Source of the DNA: Octopus sinensis | Lineage: Eukaryota | NCBI RefSeq assembly: GCF_006345805.1 | Contig: NC_043000.1 | Location: 4,960,001 to 5,024,000, forward strand | Reading direction: 5' to 3' | Length of the DNA: 64,000 nt | Shown here: piece after piece, positions 25,576-37,335 of the stretch | How the letters are laid out: every line of letters begins with the position of its first letter | Position numbering within the stretch: position 1 is the stretch's first letter | The notes under the pieces: model-generated | Database searches by the model: none | What the model was told of the DNA's origin: nothing | What the model saw: only the letters and a program-made list of their open reading frames with translations | Translations under genes and position numbers: made by a program

Positions 25576-26116
25576 CAATAATAATGACAATGGCGATGGT
25601 GATGATGATGGTGGTGATGATGGTGATAACAACAACAAAATTAGAAACTGAAGTAATGTAGACTAAACAGAAGCTTGAGGCAAAGTAAGTATGGCGATAA
25701 AGTTCTCGGCCTTTCAGATTGGATGAAATAATGCTGAATCCACTGAACATAGATAAATATATATATACACATGTGTGTGTGTGTGTGTGTGTGTGTATCT
25801 GTGTGTGTGTGTGTGTGTATCTGTGTGTGTGTGTATACATAGACATATACACATATACATATCTGATTATGCACATATATATGTGTGTGTGTGTGTATAC
25901 ATAGATATATATACATATACATATCTGATTATACACATATATGTGTGTGTGTGTGTGTGTATGTATGTATGAGTATATATATATATATATATTATTTACA
26001 TGTACACACATACAATATATATTCAAATATTGTGTATATATTCGTATATATTCATATATATATATATATCATCATCATCATCATCGTTTAACGTCTGCTC
26101 ACCATGCTAGCATATA

Positions 26117-26158
<42 letters not shown>

Positions 26159-26198
26159 TAATATATATATATGAATAGAATACATATTGTGTGTGTGC

Positions 26199-26242
<44 letters not shown>

Positions 26243-26713
26243 CATAATGAAAAATGGATGTATTACCATCATCATCATCATCATCATCATCATCATATAC
26301 ATATACATATGTACACTGTAAAATGGACTAGATCTTGTGGCACATGGACTATGCTAGTTGTATGTCTTGTAAGTTGACCTACCATGTAGAAGAAAGCTTA
26401 TCAAAGTCAGCTGTTTGACCCAGGAAGGTGGTTGGCTCAAACTTTAAAATTGTTATATAAGTTAAAGGGAGTGAAAGACGATGTGGTTGGCAAACAAGCT
26501 TCTTAACCACATCTATTATAAACAGTCATTGTCATCATCATCATCATCAGCATCTTTTAATGTCTGTTTTCTGTCTATTGTAAACAAATAAACAAAAGTA
26601 TAAATTAAAGAGACATGGCCAAAATTGGTTGGTATTCCCATACATGCAATATAGATGGCCATTGCAACTCTCATATTAGATAATGTCCTGACTGAGTGTA
26701 ATATAGGTATATA

Positions 26714-26763
<50 letters not shown>

Positions 26764-26953
26764 GTATATAATATTATACAAATATATATATATATATATA
26801 CCATTCAATTTGTAGCGGCGAAAGGTCTGGACGTTGTTTTCTGAGGCTGACCAAAGAATTTTTTTTTAGATATAAATGATGTACTCAAGTGTAGTTATGT
26901 TTTTAGCTTGTGCTTTTTCCATGATCATACGTGAGTATTTTATTTATATCCCA

Positions 26954-27032
26954 TCGAAATTTCTACTGAATGAAGGAATATATCTTTTTTTATAAGATTA
27001 AGTCCGAAATTGATTCAATATAGAGATAACGA
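26954..27032 (+). ncRNA. Type I hammerhead ribozyme motif, R1 copy 1 (1-nt core insertion)
   Basis: Same stems as copy 2, but the core reads CUGAAUGA instead of CUGANGA; GAAA at 27006-27009; predicted cleavage after AUA at 27020. Confidence 0.65.
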
Positions 27033-27443
27033 AATTTAAATTTTCTAAAGGTTAGTTGCCCGTTTTCAGTTTCAATTTTCCTGTGACAAGCGGATTATAA
27101 GTGATAAAACAGTGTATTTGGCTTTAGAATAACCCTCTTTAGCCCTTAATATATGATGTATATTGCAACCGTAACGGTTTTTTTTAATATACTGCCCACG
27201 CTTCCTGATGAATTCCTTTGCTGTAGAGTAAGGGATTCATCCTATTTGCTTAGTAGTAAACTCGATGCTTGCTACAGGAGGACTGGTAACCATTACAATT
27301 TGTAGCGGCGAAAGGTCTGGACGTTGTTTTCTGAGGCTGACCAAAGATTTTTATTTTTAGATATAAATGATGTACTCAAGTGTAGTTATGTTTTTAGCTT
27401 GTGCTTTTTCCATGATCATACGTGAGTATTTTATTTATATCCA

Positions 27444-27521
27444 TCGAAATTTCTACTGAAGAAGGAATATATCTTTTTTTATAAGATTAAGTCCGAAATT
27501 GATTCAATATAGAGATAACGA
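27444..27521 (+). ncRNA. Type I hammerhead ribozyme motif, R1 copy 2
   Basis: Stem I AUUUCUA/UAGAGAU (7 bp), then an AA/AA internal loop and UCG/CGA; core CUGAAGA 27456-27462; one extra A; stem II GGA..AUCUU/AAGAU..UCC; GAAA 27495-27498; stem III AUUG-auu-CAAU; NUH = AUA with predicted cleavage after 27509. Confidence 0.85.
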
Positions 27522-27668
27522 AATTAAATTTTCTAAAGGTTAGTTGCCCGTTTTCAGTTTCAATTTTCCTGTGACAAGCGGATTATAAGTGGTTTATAAA
27601 CAGTGTATTTGGCTTTAGAATAACCCTCTTTAGCCCTTAATTATATGATATATATATATATATATATA

Positions 27669-27708
<40 letters not shown>

Positions 27709-27855
27709 ATATATATATATTATATATATTATATAATATATACATACATATATATCATCATCATCATCATCATCGTTTAGCATGGAAACGGGACGCTAAA
27801 CGATGAATGATGATGATATATATGTTGTATGTATATGTATATATATGTATATATA

Positions 27856-27914
<59 letters not shown>

Positions 27915-28233
27915 TGTATTTATATGTATATATGCATAAATAAATGTGGAGTTTATAATTTTGCTGAATCATTGCAAGAAGGTATCAAAAAGATGTTAGT
28001 AAAAGGAAGAGGGTGATAATTTTAAAAGTCTAAGAACCACTGATTTAGGTCACTTCTTGGCTCATAGAATATCGTTTGCATTGCTGAATTGCTAAGATAT
28101 TCCCTAACTGCTTTGAACCTTGAATGCTTGACTGGTTTAGAGCATCAAGTTCATTTCTGGCAGATCAGACAATCATGTAGAGGCTCCTGTGTTAGTTCAG
28201 TTATGATAGAAAATGAGCAGCACAATGACATTT

Positions 28234-31217
28234 TGCACATGGTGGGATCAATGTTGTTGATACCCAGATTAAACATCTGTATATCAATGTGAGCCAGAAA
28301 AATAGAGTGGCTGCACATGGTGGGATCAATGTTGTTGATACCCAGCTTAAACATCTGTATATGTGAGCAGAAAATAGAGTGGCTGCACATGGTGGGATAG
28401 AGAGTGTGTGCACATGTGTGATCAATGTTGTTGATACCCAGCTTAAACATCTGTATATCAATATGAGCCAGAAAAATAGAGTGGCTGCACATGGTGGGAT
28501 CAATGTTGTTGATACCCAGCTTAAACATCTGTATATCAATGTGAGCCAGAAAAATAGAGTGGCTGCACATGGTGGGATCAATGTTGTTGATACCCAGCTT
28601 AAACATATGTGTATCAATGTGAGCCAGAAAAATAGAGTGGCTGCACATGGTGGGATCAATGTTGTTGATACCCAGCTTAAACATCTGTCTATCAATGTGA
28701 GCCAGAAAAATAGAGTGGCTGCACATGGTGGGATCAATGTTGTTGATACCCAGCTTAAACATCTGTATATCAATGTGAGCCAGAAAAATAGAGTGGCTGC
28801 ACATGGTGGGATCAATGTTGTTGATACCCAGCTTAAACATCTGTATATCAATGTGAGCCAGAAAAATAGAGTGGCTGCACATGGTGGGATCAATGTTGTT
28901 GATACCCAGCTTAAACATCTGTGTATCAATGTGAGCCAGAAAAATAGAGTGGCTGCACATGGTGGGATCAATGTTGTTGATACCCAGCTTAAACATCTGT
29001 CTATCAATGTGAGCCAGAAAAATAGAGTGGCTGCACATGGTGGGATCAATTTGTTTGATACCCAGCTTAAACATCTGTATATCAATGTGAGCCAGAAAAT
29101 AGAGTGGCTGCACATGGTGGATCAATGTTGTTGATACCCAGCTTAAACATCTGTGTATCAATGTGAGCCAGAAAATAGAGTGGCTGCACATGGTGGGATC
29201 AATGTTGTTGATACCCAGCTTAAACATCTGTCTATCAATGTGAGCCCGAAAAATAGAGTGGCTGCACATGGTGGGATCAATGTTGTTGATACCCAGCTTA
29301 AACATCTGTATATCAATGTGAGCCCGAAAAATAGAGTGGCTGCACTGGTGGGATCAATGTTGTTGATACCCAGCTTAAATCTGTATATCAATGTGAGCCA
29401 AAAAATAGAGTGGCTGCACACGGTGGGATCAATGTTGTTGATACCCAGCTTAAACATCTGTATATCAATGTGAGCCCGAAAAATAGAGTGGCTGCACATG
29501 GTGGGACCAATGTTGTTGATACCCAGCTTAAACATCTGTATATCAATGTGAGCCAGAAAAATAGAGTGGCTGCACATGGTGGGATCAATGTTGTTGATAC
29601 CCAGCTTAAACATCTGTATATCAATGTGAGCCAGAAAAATAGAGTGGCTGCACATGGTGGGATCAATGTTGTTGATACCCAGCTTAAACATCGTATATCA
29701 ATGTGAGCCAGAAAAATAGAGTGGCTGCACATGGTGGGATCAAGGTTGTTGATACCCAGACTTAAACATCTGTATATCAATGTGAGCCAGAAAATAGAGT
29801 GGCTGCACATGGTGGGATCAATGTTGTTGATACCCAGCTTAAACATATGTGTATCAATGTGAGCCAGAAAAATAGAGGGTGCACTGCACATGGTGGATAA
29901 ATGTGTTGATACCCAGCTTAAACATCTGTGTATCAATGTGAGCCAGAAAAATAGAGTGGCTGCACATGGTGGGATCAATGTTGTTGATACCCAGCTTAAA
30001 CATCTGGGTATCAATGTGAGCCAGAAAAATAGAGTGGCTGCACATGGTGGGATCAATGTTGTTGATACCCAGCTTAAACATCTGTCTATCAATGTGAGCC
30101 AGAAAAATAGAGTGGCTGCACATGGTGGGATCAATGTTGTTGATACCCAGCTTAAACATCTGGGTATCAATGTGAGCCAGAAAAATAGAGTGGCTGCACA
30201 TGGTGGGTCAAATGTTGTTGATACCAGCTTAAACATCTGGGTCAATGTGAGCCAGAAAAATAGAGTGGCTGCACATGGTGGGATCAATGTTGTTGATACC
30301 CAGCTTAAACATCGGGTATCAATGTGAGCCAGAAAAATAGAGAGTGGCTGCACATGGTGGGATCAATGTTGTTGATACCCAGCTTAAACATCTGTCTATC
30401 AATGTGAGCCAGAAAAATAGAGTGGCTGCACATGGTGGGATCAATGTTGTTGATACCCAGCTTAAACATCTGGGTATCAATGTGAGCCAGAAGAAAAATA
30501 GAGTGGCTGCACATGGTGGGATCAATGTTGTTGATACCCAGCTTAAACATCTGGGTATCAATGTGAGCGCCAGAAAAAAAAATAGAGTGGCTGCACATGG
30601 TGGGATCAATGTTGTTGATACCCAGCTTAAACATCTGGGTATCAATGTGAGCCAGAAAAATAGAGTGGCTGCACATGGTGGGGATCATGTTGTTGATACC
30701 CAGCTTAAACATCTGTCTATCAATGTGAGCCAGAAAAATAGAGTGGCTGCACATGGTGGGATCAATGTTGTTGATACCCTGCTTAAACATCTGTCTATCA
30801 AGTGAGCCAGAAAAATAGAGTGGCTGCACATGGTGGGATCAATGTTGTTGATACCCAGCTTAAACATCTGGGTATCAATGTGAGCCAGAAAAATAGAGTG
30901 GCTGCACATGGTGGGATCAATGTTGTTGATACCCAGCTTAAAAATCTGTATATCAATGTGAGCCAGAAAAATAGAGTGGCTGCACATGGTGGGATCAATG
31001 TTGTTGATACCCAGCTTAAACATCTGTATATCAATGTGAGCCAGAAAAATAGAGTGGCTGCACATGGTGGGATCAATGTTGTTGATACCCAGCTTAAACA
31101 TCTGTCTATCAATGTGAGCCAGAAAAATAGAGTGGCTGCACATGGTGGGATCAATGTTGTTGATACCCAGCTTAAAAATCTGTATATCAATGTGAGCCAG
31201 AAAAATAGAGTGGTTGC
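28234..31217. repeat. 78-bp tandem satellite, ~38 copies, two hairpins per unit
   Basis: Unit gagtggctgcacatggtgggatcaatgttgttgatacccagcttaaacatctgtatatcaatgtgagccagaaaaata; period confirmed by gtggctgcac at 28481 and 28559. Confidence 0.97.
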
Positions 31218-32377
31218 TTGCAATGAAGCAAACTCTTTTAATTAAAGAAGTTACCCAGAGACAAGTAATGGTGTTCAATTGAACTATATGATGAGGGCTA
31301 CCTCAAAGTACTAGCCACATGGGTCGTTATCTGGGTGCTGTGAATTTGGTGGTACCATGTTATGTGTTTAGGAACTTTCAAATACAAAATAGAAAAAAAT
31401 GTGAAAATAATAAAATAAACACATTTTTTGATATTTCTTTCAAAAATTGTATTAAAAATCACTTGATCCTGATATTTATAGCTTTTAAGTGTAGAAATGT
31501 TTTTAAATCATGCATGTAAATACGTTGAAATTCAGGCTGCACAGGAAACCAGCAATCCTAGGGCTAACTCAGAGCATGTTAGGTCTTGCACCCACAGCCA
31601 AATTTTCTCTTATGAAATCTACAACTACAAAAGCTAATGAGGTCAACTTGGCTTGTCATCCTCTGTTTTGATAAAATAAGTACCAGTTGAACACTGGGGC
31701 CAGTGTAATCAGCTAACCCCTTCCCTGAAAATTTCAGGCCTTGCACCTATGGTAGAAAGGATTATGAAATCAAGAACTAAAGTTCTTGTTATTCAACATT
31801 GGAATATTGATGATGATAGTTTTACAGTTCCAAATAAGTACTTGTTATCATAGAAATTGATGTCTTCTTTTAATAGCCACAGCTTCATGTATTGATTTCT
31901 TTGGAATAGGCACAAAGTAAATTATAATGAAAGAGGTGTGGCAGTCATTGAAAACAGACTTCAGACAAACAGGATTTGAAATAAGAAATAAGAATGTAGC
32001 AGAACAAAATAAAATGCTGTAACGAACTAATTACTCTATGAAAATATTGAGGTATTGCTTAATGTTAAATTTAAGATCTTTCACAAGAATGTGGAAGCAA
32101 TTTAGATATTCCTGTTATGGATACAATATCTATTTGAGACATAGGTAAGTGGATCTTCATGCATATTTTGAATTTTGATTTAGCTTATAAGATATGTTGA
32201 TTGTTAGAAATAAAGCTGCAAGTCCATATTTCTGATTGCTTAAAACAAAATGTCAATGCATGTTCATGTATGTGTATGTGTGTGTATGTGTGCACATGTC
32301 TATGTGTGTATGTGTGTGTGTATCATCATCATCATCATCATAATATGATATATATATATATATATATGTATAATCTT

Positions 32378-33870
32378 CATCATCATTATTGCATAACGTC
32401 CACCTTCCATGCTGGCATGGATGGGATGGTTTGATAGGAGCTGGCCAGGCAGAAGTCTGCAGCAGACTTCTGCAACTGTTTTGGCAGGATTTTTACAGCT
32501 GGATGCCCTTCCTATTCCAACAACTCAGCAGAGTGGACTTTGTGCTTTTTACATGGCACATGGCACAAGCACAGGCGAGGTCAGTTTTGGCAAGGTTTTT
32601 ACAGCTGGATGCCCTTCCAAATGCCAACCACCCTACAGTGTGGATTGGATGCTTTTAAATGGCACCTGCACTGACAGGGTCACCAAGTACTTGCAAGACA
32701 AAATAATCTCTTTTGAGAGGGGAGGGGGAATTGAGAGGAGAGGGGGCATACCCTTGAGGTTCAAAGGTCATAATATAAGTAGAAGAATATTGTGAGGAAG
32801 CATGATTAGAGAGTGTGGAGGGGATGTGGTATAAATCTGGGTATATATAGAGTTGGGAGGCTACCAGATAGAAATGATACAGAGGACCAGGGCTGTGAGA
32901 ACAGGATTGGGGAGTGCAAGGTAGGCATAGTGTATGAAGGAGGAAATGTGAGGAAGAAAAGAGATGTTGAGATATAGATTGTTTGTTGGCGTAGGTTGTG
33001 TGAAAAGTTTTCTTGTTACATGTGGGTGGAACACATAGCTCGTGGGGGCTAGCAGAGTGAAACAGGGCATGTGGATGGAACGCAGGTTGGGGGCTAGTGG
33101 AGAGCAATGATACAGTGGGACAGGGCTAAGTGGACAGAATTGGGGAGTGGGAGGTAAGCATAATGCATGAAGTGGAAATGTAAGGAAGAGAAGAGATATA
33201 GAGATGTAGTTTGGTTTGTTTAGTAGAGTGTGTGAGAAGTTTTCTTGTTAAGTGTGGAAGGGACACACAGCACTTCTAGAACATGGGCGAGTCTTCTCAA
33301 GAACCTCATGTTGCCAAATATCTCGGTCCATTGTCATTTCCTCTGTGAGGCTCAACATCCTGAGATCGGTTCTTACCATCTCGTCCCATGTCTTCCTGGG
33401 TCTACTTCTTCTATGGGTACCATCCACTGTCAGTGATTGGCACTTCTTTATGCAGCTGTCCTCATTCATATGCATTACATGTCCAAATGAACGTAGTCTT
33501 CTCTCTTGCATGCCACATTTAATCGCTCTTATGCCCAACTTTTCTCTCAATACATTTGCACTTTGCCATACATGTGCCCTGATGCTGTACATCCAACTGA
33601 GCATACTACCTTTGTTTCTTTCCAGTCTACACATGTCTCTGCATTCAGAGCACATGCTTCACTACCATGGAGTATAGCCATTTGCACACATGCATCATAC
33701 AGTCTACCTTTCACTCTGAGAGAGAGTCCTTTTGTTGCCAACAGAGGTAATAGCTCTCTGAACTTCCCCACCCAATTCTTATTCCAGAAACATTACTTTC
33801 AGAGCATCCTTCACAATTGCTAATTTGGTCACCTAGATAACAAAAACTGGAGTTCAGTTAGTTCTACACC
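32378..33870 (-). mobile_element. RTE-clade LINE, 5'-truncated (RT C-terminus plus long 3' UTR)
   Basis: Minus frames give FCYLGDQIS..., WGKFRELLPLL, LYDACV, QERRLRSFGHVMHM and RPRKTWDEMVRTDL; the 3' UTR ends in the aggaagggcatccagctgtaaaa block and a (GAT)n tail. Confidence 0.9.
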
Positions 33871-34387
33871 AGGTAACACTTACCCTCACTCTAAATCCCA
33901 TGCTAAACCCTTCGCTCAACATTTCACTCAAGGCAACAAAGCAGCCATATGGAATTCCACGTTAATTCTTCAGGTAATGAAATTCCTACAACTTTTTTCA
34001 AATTGACAATCAATGGCATCTTTCTTCCTATTTTAGTCTGAGAAAGAAGACTGTAATGATCATGATGAACTGCATATCCCTCCCCTTCTTTAACCAAATA
34101 TTAAAAAAACAAAACAAACACACTCATACACATTTATAACTACACCATACATGCATATATCTGCACAGATTTTTACCATACACCTATCCATCTACAGACA
34201 TACATTCCTACATACGCTGAAAACAAATATCATTTGCGAAGAAAATGAGTATTGAATGGCGTAGTAGGATAAGATGTTATCATATTCTTAATTTTTTCCC
34301 CACCAAACTGCTATTCAAGCATAAAAGTATCATTAATTCTGAAAATTAAAATAAATATTTATTATCTGTCAGAAACTAATTAGAGTC

Positions 34388-34560
34388 TTTCAAACTCTTA
34401 TCTTTAAAAAGTAACCATATAAAATTTATTATTTATCTGAAACAAAGAAATTTCAAAATTTCATCTCCATAACAAGTAACCATATAAAAATTTATAATTT
34501 TTCCAAAACAGAAACACTTTCAAAGTCACATCTCCAAAACAAGTAACCATATAAAATTAA
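34388..34560. repeat. Three degenerate ~66-bp direct repeats
   Basis: aagtaaccatataaaa at ~34409, 34474 and 34541. Confidence 0.75.
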
Positions 34561-35108
34561 AGGGAAAATTTAATTAAAAATTTAAATATGCTCTGCATTA
34601 GTTTATTTTGTTTTATTTTATTTGATTTTTGCTAGTTTCCTTTGTTTCTGAAAAATATGTCTTGCTTCATATTTGTTATCTGTGGTTGGTTTGAAATCCT
34701 TATTTTCTTTTGGAGTGGATTTGTGTTTTTTTTTTTGTTTCTATTTAGTACATGTGTCAATCATTATTGTTGTGTAGCCCCAGGTTAGGCCTGATTAAGA
34801 ATGGTATTGGCAGGTAGGCAGTTGTTTGAATTATTGACTGTGATCCACAAATCCAGCATTCTGGATATAAGTTACAGCTGAGTTTAGTTGAGGGCAATCA
34901 GAAGTGTTCCTGTCCTCACTCAAACTGCTAGAAATAGCAGCTTCAAACATCATAACAATGGTTGAATATACAAAACAATCCAGACTCTGAATATAATTTG
35001 TCAGAAAAGAAAACAGGTTACTCATTGCTGGAATGCTGATTGGATGATAAGTGCTTATAGATCACAGGTATCATCATCATTTTAACATATGTGTGCATAA
35101 ACATGTAC

Positions 35109-35144
<36 letters not shown>

Positions 35145-35146
<2 letters not shown>

Positions 35147-35561
35147 CGCAGGAGTGGCTGTGTGGTAAGTAGCTTGCTAACCAACCACATGGTTCAGGGT
35201 TCAGTCCCACTGTGTGGCACCTTGGGCAAGTGTCTTCTACTATAGCCTTGGGCCGACCAAAGCCTTGTGAGTGGATTTGGTAGACGGAAACTGAAAGAAG
35301 CCTGTCGTATATATGTATATATATCTATGTATGTGTGTGTGTGTTTGTATGTCTGTGTTTGTCCCCCTAGCATTGCTTGACAACCGATGCTGGTGTGTTT
35401 ACGTCCCCGTCACTTAGCGGTTCAGCAAAAGAGACTGATAGAATAAGTACTGGGCTTACAAAGAATAAGTCCCGGGGTCGATTTGTTCGACTAAAGGCGG
35501 TGCTCCAGCATGGCCGCAGTCAAATGACTGAAACAAGTAAAAGAGTAAAAGAGTAAAGAGT
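35145..35561 (+). mobile_element. tRNA-derived SINE family A, full length
   Basis: ggcgcaggagtggctgtgtggtaag head, gggttcagtccc B box, (aaagagt)n tail. Confidence 0.93.
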
Positions 35562-35723
35562 ATATATATATATAATTTAATAAACACAATATATGTTTTA
35601 TGTGCTGCTATTGGTTTCATGTGCTGATAGTAGCAGGCTGTTCCACTTATTGGGTCAACTGGAATATTTGTCGTTGTTACCAATGGAGTGCCAGTCTTTT
35701 GAAATACATGCACATAAATGTAG

Positions 35724-35758
<35 letters not shown>

Positions 35759-35964
35759 GTGTGTGTGTGTTTATGTATGTATGCATGTATATACATATCA
35801 TACTTTGATACTTTAATAGGTTTCGGCCAGTAGTGGCCCAGGCAATGTCTAACTTAATAGCACCACCTGGCAAAGTCATTGAAATCAGGAATCAGACAGC
35901 ATGGCTCACTCTCTCTTTTACTTGTTTCAGTCGTTTGACTGTGGCCATGCTGGAGCACCGCCTT

Positions 35965-36375
35965 TAGAGAGAGTTATTGTTTATATCGAGGAGAGAGTTA
36001 TTGTTTATGGAGACATATCCGGGTGTAGGAGGTTTATCTGAAGGAATTTGTCCAGAGACTTCTTGAACTTTATGGGGCCTGTTTCTGCTTTAATGTGTTT
36101 TGGTGTAATGTTAAAGAAAGTGGGGCAAATTGAGGTGAAATAATTGTGCTGTATTGTTGTTATGTGATGCGGGTATGATTTATGTTGTGGCGGATAGTAC
36201 AGGGCCCAAGTCTTGGGTGTATCTTAAAGACAATGCCAACATCGTTTGGGCAATGTTGATGGAATATTTTCCACATCATGCAGATGATGTAGCGCTCACG
36301 GCGGCACTAGAGAATAAAGCTTGAGCTAGTGAACCCCAATAGTCAAGGCCTGTTAATGACCATTTTCCATGCTGC
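35965..36375 (-). mobile_element. CR1/L2-group LINE 3' fragment (second family)
   Basis: Minus strand reads KLYSL/RRERYIICMMWKIFHQHCPNDVG...KFKKSLDKFL...PPTPGY, a typical post-RT C-terminus. Confidence 0.7.
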
Positions 36376-36892
36376 ATGTGTGTGTGTGTGTGTGTGCTTG
36401 CATATATGCATGTGCTTTTTCTCAATAATTGAACTTGTAGGGGTCAGTGTAAAAGAAGTATTTCATTTTCAGGAACTTCAATGAAACATCATACATCTGG
36501 TACTTATTTTACTGATTCCAGTAGGGAATCCTGAAAAACCAGAAGCTACCAAATTTCATAATTTCAAACCAAAACAATGAGGCACCAAATTAGATATAAC
36601 AAAATATTGAGCAGAGTAAGAGAGAAAGAGGAGAGATTAATTTCTAGTGGGTTCAAACACAAATTGCTTTCTCAGTTGAGTTATTTTGCTAGATTTCTGG
36701 CTATAATCAATAGCCTGGTGAGGAATAAGTTCTGACAAAGTGAGGTGCCCTCAACACACAAGCAAGGTACTCAGAAGAGCAACAGAGTAAATCATCAAAC
36801 AATTATATATATATGTATATTTACATTTTATATATATATATGCATGTATATATATATATATACACATATATATATGCATGTATATGTATATA

Positions 36893-36933
<41 letters not shown>

Positions 36934-36997
36934 TATATATGCATGTATATGTAATATATATATATATATAATATATATACACATATATATATGCATG

Positions 36998-37051
<54 letters not shown>

Positions 37052-37070
37052 ACACATATATATATGCATG

Positions 37071-37116
<46 letters not shown>

Positions 37117-37136
37117 ATACATATATACACACATAT

Positions 37137-37175
<39 letters not shown>

Positions 37176-37335
37176 AAATGCTAAATATAAACAAAGAGTA
37201 GTAATTAAATAACAGGAATAATGTTGAAATAAAACGAGGTTGTTAAACCCATGGAAACACTATTGGTTAGTTGTCAGTTAGCTTGTGCTAAGCATTCAAA
37301 ATAATTAATAATAATAATAATAAATGTGATCTTAC

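Larger units (their letters stand above)
26801..27643 (+). mobile_element. Hammerhead-containing tandem element R1 (retrozyme-like): 490-bp unit x ~1.7, flanked by (TA)n
   Basis: tgtagcggcgaaaggtc at 26811 and 27301; near-identical units with no protein coding; each carries a type I hammerhead motif. Confidence 0.85.

Noticed and set aside
27205-27320. Second hammerhead in R1 using CTGATGA (27205) and GAAAGGTC (27310)
   Set aside because: Stem I and the base of stem II do not pair; the CTGATGA is sequestered in its own hairpin.
27930-28042. hAT-type terminus (aagaaccactg) just before the satellite
   Set aside because: Only one end is visible and there is no target-site duplication, so no link to the satellite can be supported.
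28234-31217. CRISPR-like array, tRNA array or HDV-like ribozyme in the 78-bp unit
   Set aside because: No unique spacers; no D/T-loop consensus; the GG-hairpin-GCUUAA segment resembles an HDV 3' half but the 11-nt loop cannot hold P2/P3.
28151-31278. Long repetitive ORFs on both strands of the 78-bp satellite (26-aa repeats)
   Set aside because: The unit is a multiple of three and happens to lack stops in three frames; frames break at indels, there are no splice signals or recognised domains, and both strands are open.
33860-33970. Strong minus-strand donor (AGG/GTAAGT) as a junctophilin exon end
   Set aside because: No matching acceptor, the peptide is not junctophilin-like, and it abuts an RTE fragment.
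34831-35025. 64-aa minus-strand ORF; likewise 22994-23176 (+) and 39809-39997 (-)
   Set aside because: No recognised homology or convincing pair of splice sites.
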